From the NCBI GenBank assembly GCA_009602725.1, contig WELB01000015.1:505193-552505 (forward strand): a DNA stretch of 47,313 nt, written 5' to 3'. The notes below the pieces were generated by a model that was given only the letters and a program-made list of their open reading frames with translations, did not search any database and was not told where the DNA came from. Positions 21,701 to 34,075 of the stretch are shown here, one piece after another. Made by a program: the position numbers and the translations under genes. Numbering within the stretch: position 1 is the stretch's first letter; every line of letters starts with the position of its first letter. Source of the DNA: Spirogloea muscicola (Eukaryota).

Positions 21701-22573
21701 CCACATGGCAAGAAGGTTGTGCAGTACAGTGGCCAGTGTCCTCGACTGACCTGTAACGTGGAGCCCTGCTGGTTGGAGTTGGCGTTATAGTCAAGGGATC
21801 TGATCAAGTTGCGAATCACGGATTTGTCAGCCTCAGATGGCCACGTTCCATACCACACAAGATAGACGTCCAGTACAGGCCCGCTAAGGATGGGCCCTCC
21901 CTGGTAGCTGCACAGCATTGCAACGCACCACACCGCTAACCCGGAAGTCACTAAATTTGGCCGCCTTGAGCACCCTACATGTACTACAAAGGTACTCGGA
22001 GGGGCCAAGTGAAGACAAGCCTTGAAAGCTGCAAACCTCATACGGAGCAGCAATGTGGGTCCTAACCTTAGTTAATCAGTGCTGCCAGAACAGGGCAAAG
22101 CGAGGCCATCAAAGCCTGACAATCCGTGGACCTACGTGATCCCCCTGTAGGTTGGCGGCGAGGATGCGGGTGTAGGAGTATCAAGGGTGCTGCGTGCTCC
22201 TGCCTTTCCAAGTGTAATGCCTGCTTCGGACCACACTGGTGCAGCTGCCGACTGGTCCATCTGACACCAGCATTGTCACAACCCAAAGCCTTCGAGTGTC
22301 AGGACGCAGCATACGAATGTTGGCTGAAGCTGGGAGCCGGACTTGACTCGAGCAAGTAGCCGGGGGCCCGGAGGGCAGGCTACGAGAACATAGACGTCAG
22401 CAGGATGCCGAGGCCTGCACCGCAGTTGGTCTACTCACCCGGAAGCTCCAAGTGCAGAAAATGGCGGTCAGCACGAGCGCAACGCTTCGTGCACGACCAC
22501 CCGGCCTTGACGTGCGGCTGCAGTGCGCCCCATATCGCAGGGCAGCAGAGCTACCGTGCTGAGGCGGTCCCAT
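18776..22573 (-). CDS. EXORDIUM/Phi-1-like protein with a long extensin-like Pro-rich C-terminal tail (spans an assembly gap)
   Basis: Putative exons 22573-22439, 22260-22136, 21907-21751, 21554-21302, ~21060-20969, ~20733-20418, ~20313-18776. GITYQGGPIL..VYLVWYGTW, KWWN..YTD, LPADVNGVYFLITSADV, YCSQH, KYAVLGD..CPEQC..APNGNWAIDG, YNLMGNGGQRFAVQQIWD, then SPPP-rich repeats. The 5' exons are less certain. Confidence 0.8.
19832..20133. other. Assembly gap (N run) inside the poly-Pro coding repeat
   Basis: Run of N flanked by GGA/GGG-rich sequence. Confidence 0.99.
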
Positions 22574-23429
22574 GGCTGGGACTGCCAGGGCGGACGCGGG
22601 CCTGCCAGCCCGGGCAGCGGGGCGATCGCAGAATGTGGCAGCGTGGCGAGCGCGGCCTGCTTGTGCAGGCGAGCGGCCGGCGTGGCGAGGAAGTGGGTGC
22701 TCGAGAGGGGGCCAGGCTCGAGCTCAGCGAACGTGCGAGCCAGGCTGCGGGCTCCGATGGCTGGGCTGCGGGCTGGCGCTGGCGGGCCAGCGTGGGTGCA
22801 CAGTGCGAGGGGGCGGGGGGCCCCACATCCGGAACTGGGACCGGCGCAGCGCCGCCTTGGCCGGCCTGCAGCTCGACCACTTTGACCACTTCTGGCCCCC
22901 CGTCGCTCGAAGCTCTCACACTCTTAATCCTGTTGACTAACTTTGCCTGGTCCTGCTGTTACGGCCTCCTACCAACCCCCCATTGACGCCTTTGGCTGCA
23001 CCGGTCCTCGTTACACGACTTGCTTGAGCTTACTGCCAGCCTAGGGCTTGCACGATGTAAGGAAGTGCTTGCGGCCGCGAAGGCTGCGGAAGCCCAGCTC
23101 AGATATTTGTGGACAATCATTGTCCGAGAATGTGCCTGCTACTGTACTTGGCCGCTCTGAGCATCACTTGCTCTTGTGCCTTACCTGCCGCCTTCTAAGC
23201 TCAGGCGTATTGACTTCGGATTTAGTAATCATAAAGTGGATAGTTCATACACAGAGTCAGGCTGCTGCTTTCTGACCCGCGACTGCTGACCAGGTGGCAT
23301 CCGTAGACCCACTTGCTTTGCTGAGTGACGCTGTCTAATTACACTGATCCTTGTCCACTTCCTTTGAGCTTGCCTTTCACGGCCATCGCCACCTTCTGAA
23401 GACGAAGTGCTGAAAGGGAAGAGTTCCTT

Positions 23430-23850
23430 AGAAATCTTTCCGTTTGCGCCATGGACATATACGGCGGCTACGGAATGAAGTGGTCTTCCCTCCTCCATCG
23501 CCTGGCACTGCATGTCGATGCCCGCCAACGTAGTTGGGCGGGTAGCTTTGGGCATTCTAGCGTCCCGCAAGCCATCATTGCATGCTATAGAATGCGGCTA
23601 TCATTGAGTCTACAGCGCTCCCAGGCACTCGCGATACACCAGCGTGCTGGTCGTGCATTAGCCCAAGCTAATGGCTTCCGTGGTGGTGATTTGGCGCCTC
23701 AACATAGCCTGTCAGATATGCATGTGCTCACTCGGGGATATTAGTGTCCCCCTTAGCCAGCTCATTACCCAGTTAACAGGACACTTGCAAGGCTAGAATT
23801 GGCCTCCCATAAACTTTCATGCACACCGCGCGCCTTCTCTCGTTCTGAAA
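23430..23850 (+). mobile_element. CRE-like 3' fragment, family E
   Basis: MDIYGGYGMKWSSLLHRLALHV..YRMRLSLSLQRSQALAIHQRAGRALAQANGFRGGDLAPQHSLSDMHVLTRGY* (stop at 23744). Matches 2912-3592. Confidence 0.85.
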
Positions 23851-24307
23851 GAGCTTCTCTCGTCCAGGCTGCTAGCATCACAACTGGTGCTTAACTACGA
23901 AGTATTGGGCACCCACCCGCATTTGGCAATTGCTTAGCCCCCTCTCGGACCGTGTCCATCACTTCATGGGGGTGGCCTTTCACGGCCATCGCCCTCCAAA
24001 TGGCAAGAACTTCACTCTTAGCTGCGTGATCTGCGCTTTCTGGCCCCAGATCTTGTCCATTTTGGCCTGGCCTTTCACAGCCATTCTTGTTTTTAACAGC
24101 AATCATTTGGAAGAGTTTCTTCACTCATCACACGCTGACTTTTCTCCCCCTCCATTTTTGAAGGTTTTCTTTTTGGGGCTTGCCTCACAGTTCCTGTCAA
24201 ATTCGGGCTGGCTATCTACAGCCCGCGCCTCTTTCCAGGAGAGCCACTTTCTTCAGCCCTCGCCTTACTTTGGATGAGCTCACTTCAAGGCGAGCGGGCG
24301 CATGGTA

Positions 24308-24505
24308 CTGTAGCAGATCGGGCTAACCGATAACCAGCGAGATGGAAAACGGGATCGTTACCTGGCGTCTCCACCATTGTAACGGGCAAGAGGTCCAAGG
24401 CGGACACATTTTCACCCGTCCCGGTTCCCGGTATTTATGGCAATTGACCATTACATCGTCCGCTAACCGCATGACTTCTGAATCAGTTAGCCCAATCAGC
24501 TACAG
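24308..24505. mobile_element. MITE (198 bp) with 24-bp TIRs and TA target duplication, Tc1/mariner-type
   Basis: Left TA|CTGTAGCAGATCGGGCTAACCGAT; right ATCAGTTAGCCCAATCAGCTACAG|TA (reverse complement, 3 mismatches). No coding capacity. Confidence 0.75.
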
Positions 24506-24869
24506 TATGAAGGCCAAGTCTTGCCAAAGCACTGTGCAGACTGGTGGCCACATTAAGCGTAGCCCAGCCACTACCTTGTAATTGAAGAGCTTCCTACTTA
24601 TGGTTAATGGTTGGTAAGGGCCCCCTCCGGGGCGGCGGTCCCCCTCCCCGCTCAGCGCCGGTCGACCTTCCAGCTCCCTGCCCACCCCCGCATTTGCCGT
24701 CCGGTAGTGGGACATCAGTCAGCGACCTGTATTGCCTTCAGGAAAGTGAGCCCTTCTCTGGCCCTTCGAACTTTGTTGATTCTCTTCTGGGCTGGCCTCT
24801 CACAGCCACCGCCCTCTCCTGGAAGCGTCTTTCCGTCTCTCCTTTAGCTGCTGCCTCTTGCTTTTGTCA

Positions 24870-25480
24870 AGGAAGAAAGGGCTCGCCCATTGAGGATAGG
24901 GGCTGGACAAGCCAGCCCAAAAAAGAATGAACAAAGAACGAGAAGGGGGCCAGAGGAAGCCAGAGGAAGCGCTAAGAAACCAAAGCACACAAAGAAAGAA
25001 AGCAGCTACAAATTACTCAGTAACCCCTGCTAAGCAGCCGCAAATCAGAGAGGCTAGGGTCCTGGAAGTGGGTCCCCTGGACAGAGCCAGAGGCAGCAGC
25101 GAGGGCTCTCCCGGCACGAAGGTGCAGCGCACGGGCCATGGACCTCTGCAGCGAGACGGCCAAGCGCATGCGATACACTTGCGCCAGCGACCCGGCTGCA
25201 GGAAAGTCTACCGGTTCACCATGGAAGCGACGGGCGATTGCGTGGCGGGCGAGCTGGTTAAGTAGCTCAAGCCACCGAGCGCCCAGTGCCCCATGGATGT
25301 CAATTGCCAACGGGAAGAACTCGTCTTCCGGTGGATGGTCGGCGTACTTGATCTCTTTTGCCCGAGCGGCGCAGGCGACCGCATACCCAGCCTTGGTGGC
25401 AGACTGGGCTGGGTGGGAGCGGTCAAATGCGTCGGTAGTCACCACATCCAGAAGCAAGGGGACTGCTTTCCGGCGCGGCT
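24870..25480 (-). mobile_element. CRE-like RLE fragment, family A (longest A copy)
   Basis: LLDVVTTDAF..AGYAVACAARAKEIKYADHPPEDEFFPLAIDIHGALGARWLELL..QRSMARALHLRAGRAL..SDLRLLSRGY* (stop at 25017), with UTR and tail to ~24870. Confidence 0.88.
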
Positions 25481-26419
25481 AGTCTTTCTGAGTTGCGGCT
25501 GCTAACTAGAGGTTAGTGAGTGATTATCCTACAGGGCAAGCTTTGTGAAAACGCTTTTCGTGCTTCTAGGTCTTGTCGGGGTGCCTCTTTTCCAGCGCCT
25601 GGCTGGCTTTCACAGCCGCTCTTTTGATATCAGCAGCCGCATTTCTCTTTTCCAGCTGCAACTTACTCCGACTTGCGGCTGGCTGACTCGGGGTTACTAA
25701 GCTCCCATCGCTGTAGTCTCTTGCATAGCTGTGTGCTTTCGGTGTAACGAAGTTACATGGCTGGAATGTCAATGCAGCAGTAATGTATTGACAGATGCCT
25801 GGAGACTAGACACCTCATCCGGCTGATAAGTGAATTGACTGTCAGTGCCGCAGGAAAGGCTTGACAGATGCCTGGAGACGGACACTTCACCAGGCTGGGA
25901 AGCGTGAATTCAACCTAGAGCTGAGAGCGGCGCAACCCGAAGTCGTGACGCGCGAGACAGCATGATGCTGGCGCTGGAACGGCGACGGGAGGCGGCAGCG
26001 CTGTAGACTGCCTTGACGGCGTTGTTAGCCGTATGTTGACGGGAACGTAGACGGCTCACGGTAGCCTGGGGGTAGTGACCGTCAGCTGCTAGTGACGGGG
26101 GGGACCGTCAGTATGTCAGTGGTTGCTGATGGATGGGTAGATTGTCGGTGGTAGCCCGTTGATAGCCGTCGACAGATCGTGGACGGGTCGTGAACGCTAG
26201 ACTGGGTGCCAGTTATCCCACCCGGGCCCTTGTGGCCGGGCTCGCAGTCTGTTGGGCTATATAGGGGGCACCCGAGATGGGAGAGGGGGCGAATTCTTCA
26301 CCCAACCTCAGACCCCTGGACCCTTGCTCCGGCAGTATCCGTTGCTCATTTTTACCGTTGCAGCCCCATTCCAATGCCTCCCCGCTTTTCCTTGCGCCGC
26401 CGGCAGCCCGGGCTTGGCG

Positions 26420-26735
26420 ATCCACAGCATTCTTTACATTCGGCGCCTTCCGACCCTCTGGACCTTCTCCATTCTATCGGGCTGGCTTTTGACAGCCCCT
26501 GCCTTATACTGGAAGAGCTGCTATTCTGTGTTCGTACTAGGCCATCCATCACTCAATGCACGTCTCTCCCTTCCCTCCCCGGCTTTCGCGTTGCACCTTC
26601 CGGCCTTCCTTCTTCATTCACTTAAAGACCTTGTTCATTCCTTTGTGCTGGCCTCTCACAGCCATTGGAAGAAGTGGCACTCCCAATGGGGGCAAGGGCT
26701 GTGAAAAGCCAGCCCGAAAAGAAATGACAGCCATT
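26420..26735. repeat. CRE-like UTR hairpin/tail fragments in both orientations
   Basis: GGACCTTCTCCATTCTATCGGGCTGGCTTTTGACAGCCC..TGGAAGAGC (+); TTGTTCATTC..GCTGGCCTCTCACAGCC (+); reverse copy at ~26668-26725. Confidence 0.65.
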
Positions 26736-27992
26736 GCCTGACATAGGAAGAGCTATATCTTTTTTCCTGCACCTGCGGCAGCCCCGCCCTCGCCGCCTTC
26801 GCCATCCTCGTGCGCTCACGCACTTCCCGCGCCGGTAAGACTCGAAGCTCCACGCCCGCCGCCCTCCTCGCCGCGAGCTCTCTCTATCCCCACAATCGCC
26901 TGCCTCGGTCGCTGGCCGTGCCGGGCCTGCCGTCCCTTATGCTTAGCCAGAGCCTCCGCCGCTGCCTGTGCTCCACTCGCACGCCAACGATTTCCTTCTA
27001 GTGCCGGCCCAGCGTATGCGGCCCTGCCGGCAAGTGCCACCTCCGCTCCGCCGCCCGCTGCGCGCGTATGCTTGCATTTGCGAGCTCCTCGCGCCTGTCA
27101 GGGGATTTTCTCAGCCCTTGAGCTTGGATCGGCCTCGTCCTGCATCACGTTCACTCCACGCTTTTTCTCTGAAACGCAATGAAGCAATTGCCTTTGGTGA
27201 CCTGCAGTAGCAGCAGCAGCCCCGAGACATACCCGCAGCACAGCTTGGCCCGCTGCAGAAGCATGGCGCCTTAGCCTTGTCGAGATGCTCCTCCTTATCA
27301 CGGGACATGACACTGCTACGATGAAGCCTTTCATCCCTCCACCTTTCAATGGCACCATTGTGGTTCGTCCAAAGCCCAGTAGGGCAAGAAGCATGGCAAG
27401 ATAGCACGTTCAAATACGCGCTTAAAGTTTGGGCTCCGCAGCTTTCGTGTCTGATCCTTGGGCTTCCAACTGCAATGTTTTCGGCAGACCGCCATGATCA
27501 TGTTTAATTAGCCTTCCTGGCGGCTTGCTTGCGTGTTTTGCCTGCATCGCAGGTTGACAAAGTGGATAAGCAAGTGCGTGCTGTTTATCTTTTTGGCAAG
27601 TGTTCAATGCTTAGTCGGGGAAAGTTTCGTGTATTTGAAACAAACGAAGGCCAAAGGTACTCAATGCTCGGTCGGGGGTTGCCCTTCGACTGCCGAGGCC
27701 AGCCACTTGTAGTGCAAGGCAATTTGAAGCAGGTTTCTGAGTCTTCATTAGCGAGTAAGTCCTTTCTGGCAAGAGTCTCACTTGTCTCTGATTCACTCAA
27801 CTGCTCATCCTGTCTACTTCTCGAGTGCTCGCTGAGGAACACATCATACAGCACCACGTTAAATTAGTCATCATAGTACACTAGCAAATGTCTACCTTTC
27901 AAATTGCTGCTGATGTAGAAGTTGATCAGCCGGATGTCTTCCCATGGACAATAGGCTTCACTCTCGAAGGATAGTCAAGAGTGGTCAAATGC

Positions 27993-28066
27993 TGCCTACG
28001 ACCGGGACTTGAACCGAAGACCTTTCCCTTGCCAAAGGACTACTCTGCCAACTGAGCTACGTGGGC
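27993..28066 (-). pseudogene. Degenerate tRNA (anticodon reads GGC; body resembles bacterial/organellar tRNA-Thr(GGT))
   Basis: GCCCACG TA GCTC AGTTGGCA GAGT A GTCCT TTGGCAA GGGAA AGGTC TTCGG TTCAAGT CCCGGT CGTAGGC A. Cloverleaf layout with A and B boxes, but mismatches in the acceptor and anticodon stems, a disrupted T stem and no oligo-T terminator. Confidence 0.65.
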
Positions 28067-28939
28067 CCAAAACCGGAGCACATCAAGGTTCAAGCCACTG
28101 CACTGTACTGCACTGCACTGCACTGCAGAGCAGAAGCAGGGAGATTCTCTGTCTTATCTCGCTATCTCGCTATCTTGCTGTCTTGCTATCTGGCGAGAAG
28201 TATCCCTTGACTTCGAACGAGGGACATGACGATATTCGATGCACATATTGATCAAAGATCCTCTGAAGATAGATTTACGTCAGACTTCGCGAAACAGGAC
28301 AACGGACCGTGAACATGATGGACGGAAGAGAAGGCAGAGCGAAGGTGGCCAGCTGTTCAAATTGAGAAGAATCTCTCTAAAGGGGGTGATGGCTGTGAAA
28401 GGCCAGTATCAAGTCAAGTAGCTTGCTGCCGCAATCTCAATCACCACGTCGAAGCCTAAACAGCAGCCAATGCACGCAAATGCAATGCAAAATGCTTGGG
28501 AGCGCTGAGGCGGGACTGACAGATGCATCCGGTACACCTAAGCGAGCGAGCCAGCGGCACCGACGTCGGGATGCACACTGGGCTGGCCTTGCGGCGGGGC
28601 AACGAAAGGAGACGGAGAAGCAGCTCGGTCTGCGCTGAACAGTGCGACCGGACGATGAGAGCGGTAGGAGCCGCAGCAAGCGACGCCGCCGCGGCCGGTG
28701 CAGAGGGCGGCCTGCCTGCGGGGTTGGGGCGTCAGGGGGGACTGCGGCTGCTGACATGTAAAGTGCGGCTGTAACAGCCAGCCAGGTGCATACAGAGGGT
28801 GCTCTCGACTGTGCTAGCGGAGCAATAGGCGAGGCAGGCAAGGCGCTCTTAGTACCCCCTGACAGCAGTGGGAAGTCAGATGAGCCGAGGGGAATGCGTG
28901 TGTATTCCCCTCGGAAGGGGGAGGGGCGGAGGAGCCCCT

Positions 28940-29190
28940 ATCGTCAATGGGCGAGCCCAGGAGAGAAGAAAGAAAGTGCGCGCCCATGGAGAAAGGGGGC
29001 CAGCAAAGCCCATTGAGGATGGGGGCGGGGAAAAGCCAGCCCACAAAAGAGTGAAACAAAGCACGCCCCTCCAAGGTCGCCCTCCCTCCCTCTGGCCAGG
29101 GGACATACTTCCAGGAGCATAGTCTCTCGGACCTGCGACTGCTTAGCAGGGGTTACTGAGTGATTAGTAGAGCTGCTTTGTTTCTCCCTC
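28940..29190. mobile_element. CRE-like tail fragments (-) and a family A C-terminal scrap (+, ~29090-29185)
   Basis: GGCCAGGGGACATACTTCCAGGAGCATAGTCTCTCGGACCTGCGACTGCTTAGCAGGGGTTACTGA encodes GQGTYFQEHSLSDLRLLSRGY*. Confidence 0.7.
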
Positions 29191-29555
29191 CCCCCGCCCT
29201 CCCTCCTCCGGCGGGCGCCCCACGGGCGGGGGCGGCCCCCCGCGGCGCCGCCGGACGGCAGCAGAGAGCCGGCAGCCAGGTGCGCGTCTGGGGGGGTCCC
29301 AGGGGGGGAGGGAGCCCCTCGGAACATGTGGTGTCAGCAGAGGCGGCGTCGCGGAGCCCACCTGCGGAGCCATCCCGGCCGTCGGAAGCCGGGGGCTGCC
29401 GCATCGCACGGCCGTGGCTGCGCCGACACGAGCCCCCGCCCTGCTGCCCAGCCCTGCCACGCGCTGCAGGGGCCCCCGCGCCGCGACAAAGCCCACCAAC
29501 CTGAGGGCCCCTCTGCGCTCTTCTCTTCCGTGGGCGAGCTCGTCTTCTGCGCCCC

Positions 29556-29690
<135 letters not shown>

Positions 29691-30052
29691 NNNNNNNNNN
29701 NNNNNNNNNNNNNNNNNNNNNNNNNNNNNNNNNNNNNNNNNNNNNNNNNNNNNNNNNNNNNNNNNNNNNNNNNNNNNNNNNNNNNNNNNNNNNNNNNNNN
29801 NNNNNNNNNNNNNNNNNNNNNNNNNNNNNNNNNNNNNNNNNNNNNNNNNNNNNNNNNNNNNNNNNNNNNNNNNNNNNNNNNNNNNNNNNNNNNNNNNNNN
29901 NNNNNNNNNNNNNNNNNNNNNNNNNNNNNNNNNNNNNNNNNNNNNNNNNNNNNNNNNNNNNNNNNNNNNNNNNNNNNNNNNNNNNNNNNNNNNNNNNNNN
30001 NNNNNNNNNNNNNNNNNNNNNNNNNNNNNNNNNNNNNNNNNNNNNNNNNNNN
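29691..30052. other. Assembly gap (N run)
   Basis: Run of N. Confidence 0.99.
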
Positions 30053-30572
30053 CCCCCCCCCCTGCCCCTCGCCCGCCCCCCCCCCCCCCCCCCCCCGTCC
30101 TCCTTTATAATTCCCTCCCGTCTCCTGACATCGAAGGCCCGCCTCCCAGGCCTTCTTGCTGCGCGCCTCGCTTGCCCCCGGCCTCACTAACCCTGACCTT
30201 CGCCGTGCTCCGCGGACCGCTCACTGCGCCGCCGCCGCCGCCCCACCGGAGCTCCGCCCGGGCTGCCGCTCCTCGGAGACGAGGCCCTTGCGGCCCTCGC
30301 CACGACGTGGCCGCCACCGCCTGCCTCGGCCTCCGAGCCCTGCGCTCGCTGACCACCGCTGCGGGGGACACCCCGGCCCAGCCATCGGATGCCGTCGATG
30401 AGTGCTCACGGCGCTGGCTCTGCAGCCGGCGAGCTCGCCGGCTCGCGGCCAGGTCCCCATTCGGCCGGCCTTCTGAGGTAGCGCAGCAGCGCCTCGTGCA
30501 GCAGGCGGCCGGGCTTGTGCGTCTGCACCGCCAGATGCCTCTCCCATGCCTGCTGCACTAGAGTCGGGCGCA

Positions 30573-33187
30573 ATGGCGGCGCACTTGGCCGTCACGGCCC
30601 TTCTGGTCGCAGCGCTGCTCCTTGGAGGCCTTCCCACTCGGACAGAAGCGAGCCGCCACTACAAGCCCACACATGCTGGAGGACCTGCAAGGGGGAGAGA
30701 GAGAAACGATAGTGGGGAGAGTGAGGGCAGTGAGGACCACACCGGCCACCGCAGCCTTCCCAAGTACTCGGTGAACGCACAGGGGTCCAACTCGACCACT
30801 GGCCGCTGGCGGCGTGATGGCGCCGCCTTCCACGTCAAAGCGAAGCCGCCACCGGCGGCCCTGCTGAGCCTATCGGAGAGAAAAGCCCCATCCAAGCCCA
30901 GGGGCGCAGCCGGCTTTGTCGGCGGTGGTCCTTACGGCATCAAGTGAGCCAGCCCCTCCACTTCCCTCCGTTACAAGCTCTCAGAGCTTTTGCTGGACTG
31001 AACATTTGCATGAACGTGCTACCTACCGATGAAGGTTACAAGAGTAGGACGTACTCCAAGATGGAGACACAGCCATGCATGTGGGTCGTGTTGGAGACAG
31101 CGTCCAGCACTAGTCCCGCACTACATCGTCAAAGGGTGTGGAATATGTTCAGGACCGGGGAGCCAGCCTCCTCGGGTGCAGTGTTGGGGCTCGGCGACCA
31201 GCTGCATGACATACATGGGTAGTGGTGTTTGAATGCAGCTACAACGGAGGACCCATCATGAGCAACGTACTCAAGGTGTACATCATATGGTATGGCTCCT
31301 GGTCAGTGGCCTCCAGGACCATCATTCTCAACTTCTTTCGCTCCGTGTCCAACACAGTGAAACAGAACGGCGCAACCGTACAGGTGCAGCTCGGCTCCTC
31401 CACTCGCATGTCACCTGCGTTGCCACAGTCGAGCGTGTCCACTATCTTAGGCTGGACAAAACCTGGCATGTTCCATATGTGACTTACATTTGTTCTAGCT
31501 GCTGCTCTGCAGAAGTGGTGGAGTACTGTGACCTACTACACTGATGCAGCCGGTAACCATGTAACCAACCAGGTCACGGTGGTCAAGGAGGTCTTTGACT
31601 CTGGGTCGCTGGGGCTCAGGTGAGCAATCAATATTTGCACTAACACTTCGATGAGTACCAAGTGTGATGGTGCTGAGGAAGCGCTGTTGCAGGACTTGAT
31701 TGGGAAGGTCGTCCATGGAATACTGATTCTGGTGAATGTGGCATTGTCAGTTTGGACGATGACAATAACGACATACGATCGATAGTCTTCAATCAAATAA
31801 GCAGTGGCAGTCTGCCAGGTACCCTGCCTGACCCTCAATTGTCTACCATTGCTTCCCATGTGCGATGCAAGCCCTATTCCGAGGATGCGGGCTTGCTACA
31901 TACACATCATTCAGTGGAAGCTTGGGCATCATCATCCTCGTGACCTCCTCCTGATGCTTTGTTACAGCTGACGAAGATGGAGCGTATATCGTGCTCACGG
32001 ATCCCAGGGTGACTTTGAATTCAAAGAAGCTGGACCCTATATCTGGCTTCTGCAACGGAGGTGGCGCTGGATACTGCGGCTGGCATACCTCCGACCCATA
32101 CCCCGCTTGGGTCGCTGGAGCACCTATGGTCCGCCCTCAAAAGCAGAACCACAGGGCTACTGGCATGTGCTGTACGGCTCAGACTGCAGAGCGGCGTCTG
32201 GTCCTCGATGCACTTTTCATGTCATTTTTGAGCTTCACTGCCTCATGGGCATACTGGAGCAGATGCTGGCAACAAGTAATGACAAACTGGGCCAGCTTTC
32301 ACTTGATGCAGATCAAATATGCATTCGTGGGTGACTCCAGCGTCCAGTGCCCTCAGTGGTGCATCCAAAGCGTGGTGGACGGTTACCAGACTTCGCCCAA
32401 CAACAATGTTGGGGTTGACGGCATGATTGACGTCCTGGCTCACGAGCTGTCAGAAATCGCCACAGGTGAGGACGCACGCACTGCATAAGCATGTCATGCT
32501 AGACCAGGAGAATTGACACTGGCTCAGAAGGTTCAAGCAGAAAGTTGATGGACGTTCGCTCGGCTGTAGCCACATCTGCTTCTACAGATGCTGCGGAAAG
32601 TGCTCTGGTTACAAGAGTCTCACCAGTCAAGTCAGCACAATGGTTTCACAGCATTGTCAATTGTGGCAGCTGCTGATGGCATCCGACTTTGATACAACAG
32701 ACCCCAACTTGTACAATACGGCTTGGACCAACAGTCAAGGAGAGGAGTTGGCCGACCTCTGTGAGAGGGGCCAATACGGTCAAGTGACAAGCGCTGGCTT
32801 CGGCAGTCAGGCCTACGAGTACAATCTTGTTGGCATCAACGGCAACAGGTGAGGAACTTGGGTAGCACACGAGTAGTGTAGTAGCTGTTGCCCAGGACTG
32901 CAGCCCATTGAAGGAGCTGGCCGCTCAAGCTGAGGTTATGCCAGCACGCAGGACAGCTTTCCGACTACCTCTGTGGCGGAGTGCACGCCGCAAGTTTACT
33001 GTTTCCAGCTGCTGAGAGGGCCTTAGCCTACCCTGAGTCATGTCATGGTTAAGACCCTTTCTGTGCCATCTGACTCGAGCGCCCGCCCTGTGGAACGCAG
33101 GTTCATGCTACAGCAGCTGTGGGACGCGACAGTGGGCGCCTGCGCCTCTCAGAAGCAGTCGACACTGGCTCAGCCGGCCGCCACGAA

Positions 33188-33224
<37 letters not shown>

Positions 33225-33427
33225 AGGTCCCCCTCGTCGTGCTCAACCGCCACCAGCCCGTGGCCGCCTACCTGCCGCCGCCGCGGCCTCCTCCGCCTCC
33301 CCAGCCGCCTCCGCCGGAGCGCAGGGGCCCGCCACCACCACTCGTGGCGCAGGCTCGCCTCCAGCCACGGCCGCCGCCGCCTGCCCTCAAGAAGCAGGCC
33401 AAGGCCTCCAAAGCCAAGCGCCCTTGA
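30573..33427 (+). CDS. EXORDIUM/Phi-1-like secreted protein with a Pro-rich tail (3' reading frame ambiguous)
   Basis: Signal peptide MAAHLAVTALLVAALLLGG. Exons 30573-30943, 31239-31383, 31513-31619, 31751-31818, 31968-32128, 32312-32465, 32701-32848, 33101 onward. YNGGPIM..VYIIWYGSW, KWWST..YTD, GFC..YCGWHT, KYAFVGDS..CP..C, SPNNNVGVDGMIDVLAHELSEIATDP, ELADLC, YNLVGINGNRFMLQQLWD. Stop is at 33563 in the continuous frame, or 33427 if frameshifted in (CCG)n. Confidence 0.88.
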
Positions 33428-33859
33428 CCCTCGCTCCATCCCATGTCACGGCTGGACGGTGTCACGACCTCGACCCACTTTCAGACTTGGCCTGATGCAA
33501 AGCTGGGAGCCTGCCAGCACCCTGCATTCAAGCGCATGGCTCCAGGCTGGGCCCCTTAGGTAGAAGAAGTGAGCTTAGATGAACTCACCACCACCTCCGA
33601 GATGGTGGCACTAGGCCGTCCAACCTCTGAAGGTGACACACGGGCGCCGATGCGCAATGATGCAGCCGAGCGCCCTCCCAAGATAAGTCGGTACCTGGCC
33701 CGCGGCCCTTCGGTATCGCATCACCTTGGTCTATACAGCTTGCACTCCCCGCCTACAGCTCAGTATAGGCTCAGCTTAGAGACGTCAGATGCAAAGCCAC
33801 CACACAGTGGGCCACCTTGACTGCCCCGTAGTAATGCGCGGGCCTGTCAGACCCAACAA

Positions 33860-34075
33860 ATGCCTTTGCAGCCTCTAGCTATAGACAGGGGACCCGCTAC
33901 CCGGAGACTATTTCTCTGACCTGCGGCTGCTCAACAGGTTATGTGGAACACCCAGTGGCAACTTGAGTCGCTGTGTGCTTTAGTGCTTTTCTGGCCCCTT
34001 TCAATTTTGTTCATTCTTTTCCAGGGCTGGCCAATTACAGCCATCGCTCTCTATTGAAAAAGTCTTTCTCCTTTC
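33860..34075 (+). mobile_element. Degenerate CRE-like 3' end
   Basis: YRQGTRYP..SDLRLLNR-like peptide. The UTR CACCCAGTGGCAACTTGAGTCGCTGTGTGCTTTAG..TTGTTCATTC..GGGCTGGCCAATTACAGCC matches 14920-15010(-). Confidence 0.65.

Noticed and set aside
26755..27100. GC-rich stretch as a possible N-terminal piece of a CRE-like ORF
   Set aside because: No diagnostic motif was recognised; it cannot be supported without a full-length consensus.
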